A stretch of 64,000 bases of DNA, from NCBI GenBank assembly GCA_951406725.2, contig OX597817.1:159960001-160024000 (forward strand), in the 5' to 3' direction. Origin of the DNA: Octopus vulgaris. Taxonomy: Eukaryota. Numbering within the stretch: the first letter of the stretch is position 1; each line of letters opens with the position of its first letter. Under the pieces are notes generated by a model. The model was given only the letters and a program-made list of their open reading frames with translations. It was not told where the DNA came from and did no database searches. Of the stretch, positions 12,395 through 25,516 are shown in pieces. The position numbers were made by a program, and so were the translations under genes.

Positions 12395-13208
12395 CTTCAT
12401 TAAAAGAACTGCTAGTTCCAGAAGTGTTCTTCTTATACCCTATGTAGGCTTGGCAATCTGACAGACGGTTTGCTCACCAGCATTTTGTGCTATTTCATAA
12501 ATAGGATATTGCTTTTTTTTTTTGTGTAAGTGTATTGTAGGAAATAAAAAGCTTTGGTGATGTCAAAGCTAGTAGTAGTACAATGTATGTGGGAGGTTTT
12601 TTTTATTGTTGAAGCCATCATGTACTTTCTATTGTTAATTTTGTGAGCAGTATTGTAGTTGAGTGTTGTGGTCTGAATCTGTGGTGTGATTTGACAAGGT
12701 GTGGGTGGTAGCAGTGGTGATGGTGGCAGTAAATTATAATAGTGACATCAGTAAACTTCTCTGGAATTCTTTTAGCATGTTTATAGAAGTGTGAGATGTC
12801 TGTGTGATATGACTTACCTTACATTTTTGTTGGGCTTTAGAATTGTTATCATTGTTGTTTCACTTCCAATTTTTCATGCTTGCATGGATCACACACAGAA
12901 TGTGTTGAAGCAGATTTCTTATAGTCAGATGCTTTTCCTGTCACCAATTCGTACTTGTTTTCTTCATATGTTTTTCAATGAGAGACTAGAAACCCTCACA
13001 TGATGTCAAGACAAAGATACAGCTAACACATGCAAATATACATATACATACATACATACATACATACATACATACATACATGCATGCATACATACATACA
13101 TACATACATACATACATACACATATATACATACATACATACATACATACATACATACATACATACATACATACATACATACATACATACATACATACGTA
13201 CATAAATA

Positions 13209-14040
13209 CTAGCTAAAGTACCCGGTAATTCCTGGGAAAGTGGGGCTTATCCTTTGGTTCCATTCTCATAATTGTTTCACTAATCCAATAACAACAATAC
13301 AAAGTGTGTAGCCCTTAAAACGGTTTTTGTGCACTTACAGAGAATACCGAAATGTCTTACACAGGATCTTGTTTTTAGGAATTGCCAATAAGTTATGAAT
13401 ACCCAAATTGGGAAGTCAGTTATGTAATAACATGTAATAACATGAAATTAGTTACCTGAGAGTAAGAATTCAAACAAAGTAGCCCTGAAAAGAGCTTTAA
13501 TGTGTTCCCAGAGTATATAGAACTTAGGAGGAAATACTAATAAGGTATGTATACTAAAATCGTGATGCATGTTACATAATAACAAGCTAATCAGATATGA
13601 GATAATAACAGTTCAAAGTGCATTCCCAGAGAATATTACCATCAGGGGCGCTAGTGTTGGTATATTTATGAATAAGTCACTAGCCAAAATAAGTGAATCT
13701 ATTGTTTAGGAAAATATTATTTACTTGTTTAAAGGTTTTACAGGATAAATTGCGAAAATAACTCTAACAGGTCAATTATTAAAAAATAAGCATACTCGCT
13801 TTCATTTTTACCAAATAATTTAGGAAAATGAATGGATTATTTCCCTTGGCTATATATAAGGATCCCTTCCAGGCGCCCTATTATCGATTTTTCCAACAAT
13901 CTGAATATGCCATGAGGTTTCCAGACATGAGTTCTACTCACATGTCAAGTTTCATCAAAATCGATAAAATGATGTATGAGGAGTGAGCTAACAACGCCAC
14001 AAACACAACCACAGATAGAATTTCCCACATATGTAGTATA
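13209..14040 (-). mobile_element. Non-autonomous Helitron
   Basis: Minus-strand 3' end is cccaggaattaccggg (hairpin)-tactttag-CTAG|T. The 5' part (tatactacatatgtgggaaattctatctgt...cgattttgatgaaactt) merges into (TA)n, so the 5' boundary is approximate. Confidence 0.7.
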
Positions 14041-14354
14041 TATATATATACATACATACATATACGCATACACATACATACATATACATACATACATATA
14101 AAAAGGTATATATATATATATAATAGGTTTCTTTCAGTTTCCGTCTACCAAATCCACTCACAGCGCTTTGGTTGATCCAGGGCAATAGTAGAAGATACTT
14201 GCCCAAGGTGCTGCACAAATGGTTGGGAACAGAGAAAGAAAGAGCAAGATGGTCATCTGTGGAATAAATATCTTTGATCAGGACCGTAATTCTAATCAGC
14301 ATGGCTGACTAGGGACTAAAGAAGAAGAAAAAGTAGAAGAAGAAGGAGACGGAA

Positions 14355-14467
14355 GAGAAGAAGAAGAAGAAGAAGAAGAAGAAGAAGAAGAAGAAGAAGA
14401 AGAAGAAGAAGAAGAAGAAGAAGAAGAAGAAGAAGAAGAAGAAGAAGAAGAAGAAGAAGAAGAAGAA
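14355..14467. repeat. (GAA)n microsatellite
   Basis: Directly visible pure trinucleotide tract. Confidence 0.97.
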
Positions 14468-14519
14468 AAAGTACTACTACTACTACTACTAATTGGAATT
14501 CTGTTTTTTACTCATACCT

Positions 14520-16292
14520 CATTTAGTGTTGACTCTTGTCCCTACCTGTATCTTACCTGTTATACTGCCATCAATTATCTCCATACCATGAAACATGAAT
14601 TTGATGGTTCTGTACATATACAAATGAATTGTAGACACATACTTGTACATCTTTTGCGATGCCAACCAAAAGAGTCACATACTGGAAAAGGTACATTTTA
14701 TGATTTTTTTTATTTATTTAGGTTTTACTGAGGTAAGTAGATAGAGTACTACATTCACCTTTGTTCCAGGAAACAATTTGCTTGTGTAAACAACAGGGTT
14801 TGAACATGAAAAAAAAAACCTATAGAATTAATCCAACATCTTAACCACTGAGTCACTAACTTTCCATCTGGAAATGTGAAAAGAAAACAAATCATAAATG
14901 TTTTCTCGATACAAATGAGAAATATGATAACTAAAATAATTTGATTGTTTGTAATGAGAGTCATCTATGAATGTACCACTTCAGAGAATAATAGTAGCTT
15001 TCCAAAGATCATTAGTAATACAAGTGAAATGAAACCATGATTGATAATAGAGAAGAATGAAAACTTGGATGCACATTTCATATCACCACATGAAATTCTC
15101 CATGCCACGTGAGGAAACATACATAGCACGATACCAAGCAAATATGCCACTGTAATGAATATATATACTACTTTTGCGTACATAGAATCGACTACAGCAG
15201 CACACATACTATTATACCAAACACCTGTACCTCTATACTAAACATATATCATACCATTATCATAAACATATATATATACTACTAAGCCAAACATGCATTC
15301 CACTGTACTGAGTATACACACAACTAAACCAATATGCAGAGCATATATGCTACTATACCAAACATATAGACCATTATATGAAATATACATGCCTCTATTC
15401 CAAACCTTATCATCTATTTCTTTACTACCCACAAGGAGCGAAACACAGAGGGGACAAACAAACGGATTAAGTCGATTACATCGACCCCAGTACATAACTG
15501 GTACTTAATTTATCGACCCCGAAAGGATGAAAGGCAAAGTTGACCTCGGCGGAATTTGAACTAAGAATGTAGCGGCAGACGAAATGCAGTTATGCATTTC
15601 ACCTGGCGTGCTAACGTTTCTGCCAGCTTGCCGCCAAACCTTATCCAAACTTTATCATCATTATCATCATCATCGTTTAATGTATGTTTTCCATGTTGGC
15701 ATGGGTTGGACGGTTTGACATGGAGCTGGCCAGCTGGGGAAACTGTCCAGACTCCAATTGTCTGTTGTGTCATGGTTTCTATGGCTGGATGCCCTTCCTA
15801 ATGCCCACCACTTAACAGAGTGTGCTGGGTGCTAATTATGTGCCACTGGCATGGGTTTGTTTACGCGGCACCACACAGGTGTGTTTTATGTGGCACCAGC
15901 TCCTGAAAGGACAAATTTGTATGTATGGAAGACAGCAATTTTACTGAGCTTGACATGTCTTATCAAGTACAGCAAATATATACATCACTATATGAAACAT
16001 AGATATCATAATCTCAAACATATATACCATTATACCAAATATACATACTATTATAGTGAACATATATACCACTTTTTCAGACATGTACACCATTGTACCA
16101 AACATATATACCTATTTCTTTACTGCCCACAAGGGGCTGCACAAAGAAGGGATAAACAAGGACAGACAAACGGATTAAGTCGATTATATCAACCCCAGTG
16201 TGTAACTGGTACTTATCTAATCGACCCCGAAAGGATGAAAGGCAAAGTCAACCTTGGCGGAATTTGAAAACATGTATACCACTAAACCAAAC

Positions 16293-16327
<35 letters not shown>

Positions 16328-17300
16328 ATTGTACCAAAAACATTTATACTGCTGTATCAAGCATACATACCATTATAGTGAACATGTTTACCACCTTTTC
16401 AAACATGTATACCACTAAACTGAACATATATCATACCACTATACCAAATATGTATACTATTAAACCAAACAAATATACATATATGCCAAATATGTATGTA
16501 TATATATCAATATGCCAAAAGCATTTACACTGCTATATAAAACACACATGCCATTATAACAGATATACATACCAACATACTAAGCACACATGCCATTATA
16601 GTAAGCATGTATAACACTGTACCAAACATATACACCACTATACTAAACATGTATTTCACTTTACCAAATACACATACTACTACACCCAACATATATACTA
16701 CTGTATCAAAACATAACTACCATTCTGCCAAACACCCAAACTACAGCATCATAGTGATCCTTGTTCTCTTGTGAATATAGTTTTCAACAACCAAAACGAA
16801 AAAATTTCAATAAATTCAATAAGTGAGATATTATTCCAATACCAAAAAATTCCTCAAAGACAATGCAACCATTGCAACACAGGTGAGTGTATAGATAGTT
16901 GGGGGGTGGGGGTTGTAGAATAGTGAAAACAGCAAGGAGTGAGGTTTAAAGTCAGCTAAAACATGGTTACTACACTTGCAGCTTTATTGTCAGGTGTTTC
17001 ACTATTAATTGTCTAATCTGTTTAAATATGTTGCATGTGAGTGCAGAATTGATTTTGTCACTTGTAACAGCAACAGAAAGTATAATGTTGTCTTACTGAC
17101 AGTTAGAGAGAAAAATCTATCAACAGCAATGATATATAGCTACTATAACGAGAGAGAGATGTTCTTGTAGTTGGGTTTGGCCTTTTTGTTTGTTTGTTTC
17201 TGTATTAGTTTTTTCTGTTTTGTAAAGTTGATTCCTGAGGCTATCCAAGTCTTAAGTAGTCACATGATTCAATATACATGTCTTTATGTATTTCATACAT
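14520..17300 (+). repeat. Inverted segmental duplication, copy 1
   Basis: Reverse-complement homology to 38530-40610; 16912-17181 matches 38659-38928 with no mismatch. Confidence 0.92.
15200..16740. repeat. Degenerate ~20-bp minisatellite (ccaaacatatataccactata-like) interrupted by SINEs
   Basis: Recurrent accaaacat/ataccact motifs. Family C SINEs (minus) at about 15413-15635 and 16112-16266; family D element at about 15660-15960. Confidence 0.7.
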
Positions 17301-17401
17301 GTGTTTATGTGTGTCTTCTGTATAAGTGTGTGTGTCCATGAGTGTATACTCACAAACACAAAATCACATATAAACACACACACACATACATACATACAGA
17401 C

Positions 17402-17444
<43 letters not shown>

Positions 17445-17559
17445 GACAGAGAGAAAGAGATAGATACATGTGCACATATATATATGGACAGAGAGAGATG
17501 TAAATATCTATACACATTTACATATACATATATGAAAAATTATGTATATGTGTGCGCAC

Positions 17560-17602
<43 letters not shown>

Positions 17603-19531
17603 AGATATGTATGTGCGTGTGCATGTGTCTGTGTGTGTGCGTGTGCATGTGTGTGTGTGTGTGTAAGAAAGTCCAGAGAAGATGAAAGGGGGAGAGGAAT
17701 GGATGGTTAAAAAATTAATGTATGTATGTCTGTGTATGTAGGCACAGACATGGCTGCTGGTTGTAATGTTTGCATTGCAGCCTCATGGTTTCAGGTTCAA
17801 TCCCATCGATTTAGTAACTGTCTTCTACAACAGCCCCAGACTGGCCAGTGCCTTATGAGTGAACTTACTTGACAAAACTTATGCAAAACCAATTGCATAT
17901 GTGTGTGCATGCATGCATGCATGTCCACATATATGTGTTTGTGTAACGATGTTACATTCCGTTATTGTATGGGAAATCACTGAGCTATGGTGTGGGTCCC
18001 TCTTGTCATTTTTCTGCCAATAAATTGTCTTGTAGTTCTGTGCTTTCAGGGTCGAGTATAGTGGAAACTTTCATAGTTGTGAAAAGGGTAGGGTTAGGGT
18101 ATCCAGCTAGAAAACAATTCTTCAATAATAGGTATTTATTCAACCCATTAGCATGGAAAAACAGAAATAAAATGAATGTTCAAATGAATAAATATATACA
18201 TATATATGGTAAGTAGCTTGCTTACCAATCGCATTGTTCTGAGTTCAGCCCCACGGCATGACACCTTGGGCAAGTGTCTTCCACTATAGCCTCAAGCCAA
18301 CCAACGCCTATTGACTGGATTTGATGGACAGAAACTGAAAGGAGCCTGTTGTATATCATCATCTTCTTGATCATCATCATCATTTAACATCTGTTTTCCA
18401 TGCTAGCATGGGTTGGAGGGTTTGACTGAGGTCTGGAAAACCAGCAGCTGTACCAGGTTCCAATCTGATCTGGCAATGTTTCTACAGCTGGATGCCTTTC
18501 CTAATGCCAACCACTCTGAGAGTGTAATGGTTGCTTTTTACATGCCACCAGCACATGAACCAATTGGGTGGCCCTAGCATTGATTACGATTGGATAGTGC
18601 TTTTTATGTCCCACTGGCATGGGAACCAGTCAGGGGGCACCTGTATCAACCACTTTCAGATGGTGCTTCTTACGTATATAATGGTGCCTTCTATGTGTGT
18701 GTGTGTATATATATATATATATACACACACACACGTGTGTGTATGTGTATGTATGATGATTGTGTTATCTTGTCAGATGTTACCAATCTCAAATTAGTGA
18801 GACATCTGTATGCCACTGGATTAAAATGGCAAAAGCTTGAACAACACTTTTACCAATCTCACAGTCACCATGGTAGGTTCCAGTGACAAGCATTGTAAGA
18901 TGACTGGCACTCTTTTGATAGTTTGACTGCAAATATTATATCAGAGTATTTTTCTCCCCAAAAAAGCTACATCCCTTGCAATTTCCTCAACAACAGCAGA
19001 AGCCACTTCTATCCATGGGAAATTTATTTAACCCCCACGGATAGGACCCTGACCAGTACAATCTTTCCAAGACAGTATGGACCTGGGAGTAATGGTAATT
19101 AAAGGATGACACGATGCTTCCCACAACTCTAGAACTTACGAAGTGGAGTGTCACAACTGGATGCAGTTTCCTGTCAGCACAACCTTCGAATGTTGGGCTT
19201 CACAGAGGTAATAACAAGAGATTGAGACCTCTGGAGATATGCTGTGATTAAGAAGACCCAGCCAGTGGTACATAAAAGGCACCATGGTTGATACCAGTAC
19301 CCCCCTGGCTGGCTCCCATGCCAGTGGCACGTAAAAGGCACCATCCAAATGTGGTTGATGCCAGTGCTTCCTGACTGGCTCCCATGCTGGTGGCATGTTA
19401 AAAGCACCATATGAACATGGTCAATGCCAGTACCACTTGACTGGCTTCCATGCCAGTGACAGGTATATAGCAACCACTACACTCTCGGAGTAGTTGGCAT
19501 TAGGAAGGGCATCCAGATGTAGGAACCTATA

Positions 19532-20390
19532 CAAGGTGTGGGGAATATATTGTAGTCTAAATTACACAAAAATGAAAATAACACCGATATCGTATTTTAA
19601 TAGATATACTTACCAAAATTACATAAAAATATCTTGAAATACTAAAGAGTAAATTTATTCAATAAAATTGCCATTGGCTTCGACCACAGCCTCCAGACGA
19701 CTTAGGAATCTCCTGCAACTCTTCTGGATGGTCTCCATGTTTAAGTTGGTGAATGCTGCCATAATCTTTGCCTTCAGTTCATCTTTGTTATTACAAGGAA
19801 TTTTGTTGGTCTCTCACTCAACTGCACCCCACACATAATAATCAAGGGTGTTGCAGTTTGGAGAGTTAAGTGGCCAGATGTCTGAGGTGATGTGGTCACA
19901 GAAATTGTCTGACTGGTTCTCCTCCTTGTGTGGCATGGTGCAGAGTCCTGTTGCCAGACACGGGGTCTCTAAGCAGCTATCGTCTTGACCCAGGGCAACA
20001 CTACCTCCTCCAGGCACTTGATGTAGGCCTCCATGTTAAGTCTGAGATTGTGTGGGAAGATGAATGGAGGCATAACATCACCATAGTGATTGCTGCAAAC
20101 ACTGGATATTTGATTTTTATCACTCTTGGCACATGTCCTCAGATTGCAGTGTCCTCAGATTGACACCCAAACACTCCGAAATGTTCATATTGGAGCTTCT
20201 GGTGTGAATGCCAAGCAGTACAGCGTGTTGTTTCCAAATTTCTGGTAGAGTGAACTGTGTCATGATGCTGTTTTTCTCACAGATGATGCCTAACTGACCC
20301 TACTATACTGTGTAGTTGACAAAATCAAAAACAATATGCATGCATGAAATTAAAAATATAAAATAGCAGCAGTTTATCCATTGCACCCTA
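19532..20390 (-). mobile_element. Tc1/mariner-superfamily DNA transposon relic
   Basis: TA-flanked degenerate TIRs (caaggtgtgggga / tccattgcacccta). Minus strand encodes DIWPLNSPNCNTLDYYVWGAVE (WPPNSPDLNPLDY motif) and ..ELKAKI..RLEAVVEANG. Confidence 0.85.
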
Positions 20391-20408
20391 TATATATGTA
20401 TGTGTGTG

Positions 20409-20518
<110 letters not shown>

Positions 20519-20944
20519 TATAAAATATTATTATTAATGAGGGATTATCTCCCCAGGCAAAATACTTTATATGTTCTGTGTTAGTATACCAGGTTAACAA
20601 TATTGTTTAGATTAATAAAGAATTCCAAATATTCTGGAGGCAGGACCTGAGGTTGTTGTTCATCACCATTCTATATTGTAAATCTATATTTGAGTTCGCA
20701 GTTATATTAGTATTTTTTTCACTGAGTGATATACAAGACAAGGTGTAAATAATGGTCATTATATAGTTCCCCATCATAGCAAATTTGATTTACAGCTGTT
20801 TCCTGTAGTCATTATAGCTTCGTTATTGATTAGTTTAGTCAATCAGCCCATTGATTGGTTGAGAAAGATTGACTGACCTAGAGAATTAATGCTACTCTTA
20901 AGAGTCATTTTGTCCATTTTGTATAGATATATATATATATATAT

Positions 20945-21286
20945 TAATAATAAATATTAGGGAATAAATCCAAACTTACAGGGAAAAATCAGATTTAGGA
21001 TTGAATCCAATTTTATAGTAAAATATTATATAATATTAAATTAGAGATAAAACCACTATTAGGCAAATCATACAATGAAAAACTTAAGCCAATACATAAG
21101 ATTATTTAATTTATATTATTTAAATATATAACAAAATTAATATAATTACTATTAATTATATTTTTTTAATAATTTTGTTATATATTTAAATAATATAAAT
21201 TAAATAATCTTATGTATTGGCTTAAGTTTTTCATTGTATGATTTGCCTAATAGTGGTTTTATCTCTAATTTAATATATATATATAT
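20945..21286. mobile_element. (TA)n-flanked fold-back element (putative Penelope-like inverted termini)
   Basis: Inverted arms at 21033-21139 and 21170-21276, a one-sided ~90-bp tail, and (TA)n on both sides. Same family as 34735-34998. Confidence 0.75.
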
Positions 21287-21679
21287 GATGGATTCTCTCA
21301 TTGTGAATAACAAATGAGGGTTCAGTAATATAAATCCGTAATCATGTTCTCTGGATATGAATGTGTCTCTTGAGGTCTGTTGCCTTGCAAACCTTTCAAC
21401 AAATGGAACAAGTTGAGGACTCAGTTTGTTCAAGTGCTTGTGGATCATTTACTATGTGTTTTCTTGAGTGGACAGCAAGGCCTCCTTTGTTTTGTGTCAC
21501 CAAACCACAATGACATGTAAGGTTTCCATTTAGAGGAGCAGTGATTTGCCAGCTTGCCTTTATGGTTACACAAAGTTAGTCTTGATGTTGGAGTCGACCT
21601 TGCTCAAATCTTTGAACTGAGGAGAAGCAGGACTGGCATCATATACATACATACATGCATATATGCATACATACATACA

Positions 21680-21713
<34 letters not shown>

Positions 21714-21734
21714 CATACATATATACATACATTT

Positions 21735-22118
21735 CTGTGACAGTCCATCGGTTAAGACAACGAGGGTTCCAGTTGATCCGATCGATGGAACAGCCTGCTT
21801 GTGAAATTAACATATAAGTGGTTGAGCACTCCACACACACGTGTACCCTTAATGTAGTTCTTGGGGAGATTCAGCATGATACAGTGTGTGACATAGCTTG
21901 CCCTTAGAAATACAGGTACAACGGAAACAGGAAGAAAGAGTGAGAAAAGGTTGTGGTGAAAGAGTACAGCAGGGTTCAGCATGACCCCCTGCCTGAGCCT
22001 TGTGGAGCTTTAGGTGTTTTCACTCAATAAACACTCACAAAACCAGGTCTGGTAATCAAAACCATGATCCCATGACCACGACTCTTCTGCCCTAACCACT
22101 GGCCCATTGCACCTCCAC
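21735..22118 (-). mobile_element. SINE family B, diverged
   Basis: Reverse complement of family B, embedded in (ATAC)n. Confidence 0.85.
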
Positions 22119-22148
22119 CATACATACATACATACATACATACATACA

Positions 22149-22182
<34 letters not shown>

Positions 22183-22574
22183 CATCTGGTCCTTTTTTTT
22201 GCTACTCACTTCTACTCAACTCTGGACAACAAGTCCCCACTAATTATCTTCTTGCAGCTCCTACTGCCTCTCATCTAAATATGAGCAGCTATGTAGCTCC
22301 TCTACTACATGAACCTGCTCTTTCCCCTTCCCTTATACTCTAAATTCTCAGCTCCAAGTATAAAGCCACCTACTCCACCACCTTGCAGTTTGTAGTCCTG
22401 TGGTCTGCCTGGCAACCTCACTAGTGCTGGCAGCACAGAAGAAAATGGATCCAGCTTTAGAAACCTTATCAAAGTAGATACTGGAACATGACGCAGTCCT
22501 TGGCTTCATCTGAACCTATCAAACTGTCCAACCCCTGCCAGTATGGAACATGGATGTTAAATGATGATGATGAC

Positions 22575-22955
22575 ACAGCATAGCTGTGTGGTAAGAAACT
22601 GGCTTCTCAATCACATGGTTCTGGGTTCAGTCCAACTGTGTGGAGCCTTGTGCAAGTGTCTTCTACTATAGCCTCTGATTGACCAAAGCCTTGTGATAGA
22701 ACCCTGTTGTGTATATATATATATGTATGTGTGTGTGTGTCTTTGTGTCTGTGTTTGTCTTCCATCACCGCTTGACAACTGGTGTTGGTGTGTTTATGTC
22801 CCCATAACTTAATGGTTTGTCGAAAGTGACCAATAAAAAAGTACCAGGTTTGAACGAAAAAATTAGTACTGGGGTCAATCCAACTAGAAATTTTTTAAGG
22901 CGATGCCCCAGCATGGTCACAGTCTAATGACTGAAACAAATAAAAGACAAAAGAG
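22575..22955 (+). mobile_element. SINE family A, diverged
   Basis: gctgtgtggtaag...ggttcagtcc...gactgaaacaaataaaaga. Confidence 0.8.
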
Positions 22956-23179
22956 AAATTTTTTTTATTTTTATTTTTTTATTTTTTTATTTTATTAATT
23001 TTTTTTTGTTCTTTTCTTCCCTTTTACGATCCCTCTTGATCGAAACCTATGCAACCACTTTTTTTTTTTTGTTTCTTTTGTTTTTTGTTTTTTTCATCCC
23101 CCAAAAGAAAAGCTCTACCTTGTAACTTGTCCCATTTGTGTGCAGCCCTGTGTGGCCAATAAAGAAACTTATATATATG

Positions 23180-23490
23180 TATGTGGCATGTAAAAAACAT
23201 CCTTTGAGTGGGGTTGTTGCCAGTGCTACCTGACTGGCTCCTGTGCCGGTGGTACATAAAAAGCACCATTTGAGCCTTGTCAATGCCAGTACTGCCTGCC
23301 TGGCCTGATTACCCACTACACTCTCAGAGTGGTTGACGTTAGGAAAGGCATCTATCTGTAGAAACGCTGCCAGATCAGATTGGGACCTGGTGCAGCCTTC
23401 TGGCTCGCCAGCCCTCAGTCAAACCATCCAACCCATGCCAGCATGGAAAGCGGACGTTAAACAATGACGCCGACGATGATGATGATGTTT
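23180..23490 (+). mobile_element. Family D retroposon 3' end, (GAT)n tail, RTE-related
   Basis: ...gagtggttgacgttaggaaaggcatc...aacccatgccagcatggaaagcggacgttaaac-(GAT)n. Many further copies occur across the window. Confidence 0.8.
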
Positions 23491-23515
23491 ATATGTGTGT
23501 GTGTGTATGTGTGTA

Positions 23516-23571
<56 letters not shown>

Positions 23572-23585
23572 TACATATACACACA

Positions 23586-23647
<62 letters not shown>

Positions 23648-23951
23648 CATACATATCTTTTAAATCTGTTTATGGGAAATGCTTCAAATATGCAAATAAA
23701 GCTCCTATTCCATTATGCCAGCTACAATCTACTGATGCTTTTGGGGTCTATAAATTCCATCCAGGGATTATTGTTATTACTATATATATATATATATGAG
23801 CTGAGTGGGGATGTTAAACTCCCTTGTTCGAAAATATAAGGACGCAGATAGTGTGTCATATAACCAGCTGGAAACTATGTTTCCTGGGGTTAAATAACAG
23901 TAACAATCATCCTAACCAGAACTGCCACATTGTGTTGGCAAATAATCTTTA

Positions 23952-23992
<41 letters not shown>

Positions 23993-24012
23993 TCTATCTA
24001 TCTATCTATCTA

Positions 24013-24049
<37 letters not shown>

Positions 24050-24092
24050 CAATAATAAATCTCTAAGCAAGGTATAAACAGTAACTGCTCTG

Positions 24093-24402
24093 TAATATAA
24101 GCGGGACCAGCCATCTGAATGTGGCTAGGGACACAGGGCGGGGTGGTGGGGGTGTTACTGATGCATTTAGCCCCAGGCGACTATAGACGTCACCAGGAGA
24201 GCCGACACCATCACGGTGTCCTTGCTAGCCTGTAAAGGGAGATCAGCTTCGGGGAGGCTGATCTCCCTTTACAGGCTAGCAAAGACACCGTGATGGTGTC
24301 GGCTCTCCTGGTGACGTCTATAGTCGCCTGGGGCTAAATGCATCAGTAACACCCCCACCACCCCGCCCTGTCCCTAGCCACATTCAGATGGCTGGTCCCG
24401 CT

Positions 24403-24409
<7 letters not shown>
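24093..24409. repeat. Near-perfect palindrome (~158-bp arms, 3-nt loop) in (TA)n
   Basis: Arms 24093-24250 and 24254-24409 differ by one substitution, one G.T pair next to the loop and one 2-bp indel. (TA)n lies on both sides, with a ~45-bp one-sided tail. Confidence 0.95.
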
Positions 24410-24444
<35 letters not shown>

Positions 24445-25172
24445 GTATGTATATGTACATTTTGTGTCAGTGTTTGAAAATAAATTTCTGTCGCAGTTAC
24501 TAGTTTCGCATGTGTAGAAACTAAATAATGTGCATGTGCTGGATTGAACTCCTATAATTTCTCCGCTGCATTCATAGATGAAATCTGTGTCTCTATAATA
24601 TACGCTTGCATGCACACACGCAGACATATGCATACATACATAAAAACACCCACACACACATATATGTCTGTGTGTCGTTGTTTCTACGAGTATTAAGGAT
24701 GAATTATTTTTAATGTTTATAGGTATATATGCATGCGTATGTGCATGTGTTTGTATGCGTACATGTGCATGCATGTGCGTGTGTAGATCGATCGATTAGC
24801 AGATTGATAGACACGTGAATAAATACAAAAATATATATGCATTATTCATATCTAAACAAAAGATTGGAATAATTGTGTATTTCTAATTCCATTTTACATG
24901 TGTTCTATTACAAGCCAGGAGTTTCAAAGGAATACATGTAGAAAAAAAAAAAAACATGTATGGAATCTCCTATCCATAATTCTTCAAACAAAGATACGAA
25001 AGTCACGTGCTCCATGAGAACATAGCTTGGATTATAAGGTTATAGGAAATTTCGCCATAAACGTTTTGGTTGTAGAAATGTTCACTTCAAGAAACTTCAT
25101 TTAAATGACCTCATTATGTTTTTTTTTTAATGTTTGATGTTGAATAATGGCTTACCTATTTAATGGTTTTAT

Positions 25173-25334
25173 TTCTCTCTTTTACTTGTTTCAGTCGTTT
25201 GACTGCAGCCATGCTGGAGCGTTGCTTTTAGTCGAGCAAATCGACCCCAGGACTTATTCTTTGTAAGCCTAGTACTTATTCTATCGGTTGTCAAGCGATG
25301 TTGGAGGGACAAACACAGACACACAAACATATAC

Positions 25335-25365
<31 letters not shown>

Positions 25366-25516
25366 CATATATACAATGGGCTTCTTTCAGTTTCCGTCTA
25401 CCAAATCCACTCACAAGGCTTTGGTCAACCCGAGGCTATAGTAGAAGACACTTGCCCAAGGTGCCATGCAGTGGAAATGAACCCGGAACCATGTGGTTGG
25501 TAAGCAAGCTACTTAC
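25173..25516 (-). mobile_element. SINE family A with internal deletion
   Basis: Reverse complement of the family A consensus. Confidence 0.85.

Larger units (their letters stand above)
11330..12700 (-). pseudogene. Degenerate non-LTR RT fragment (Jockey/I-like) interrupted by a MITE and a SINE
   Basis: Minus-strand pieces translate ..FRPQHST.., LAFDITKAF, W*ANRLSDCQAY and VPQGSILSLLLFSLY (RT motifs). Confidence 0.7.

Noticed and set aside
20785-20910. Hammerhead-like motif on the minus strand (CUUAAGA...GAAACAGCUGUA)
   Set aside because: The palindromic stem III is suggestive, but G5 is mutated, extra bases precede GAAA and stem I is mismatched.
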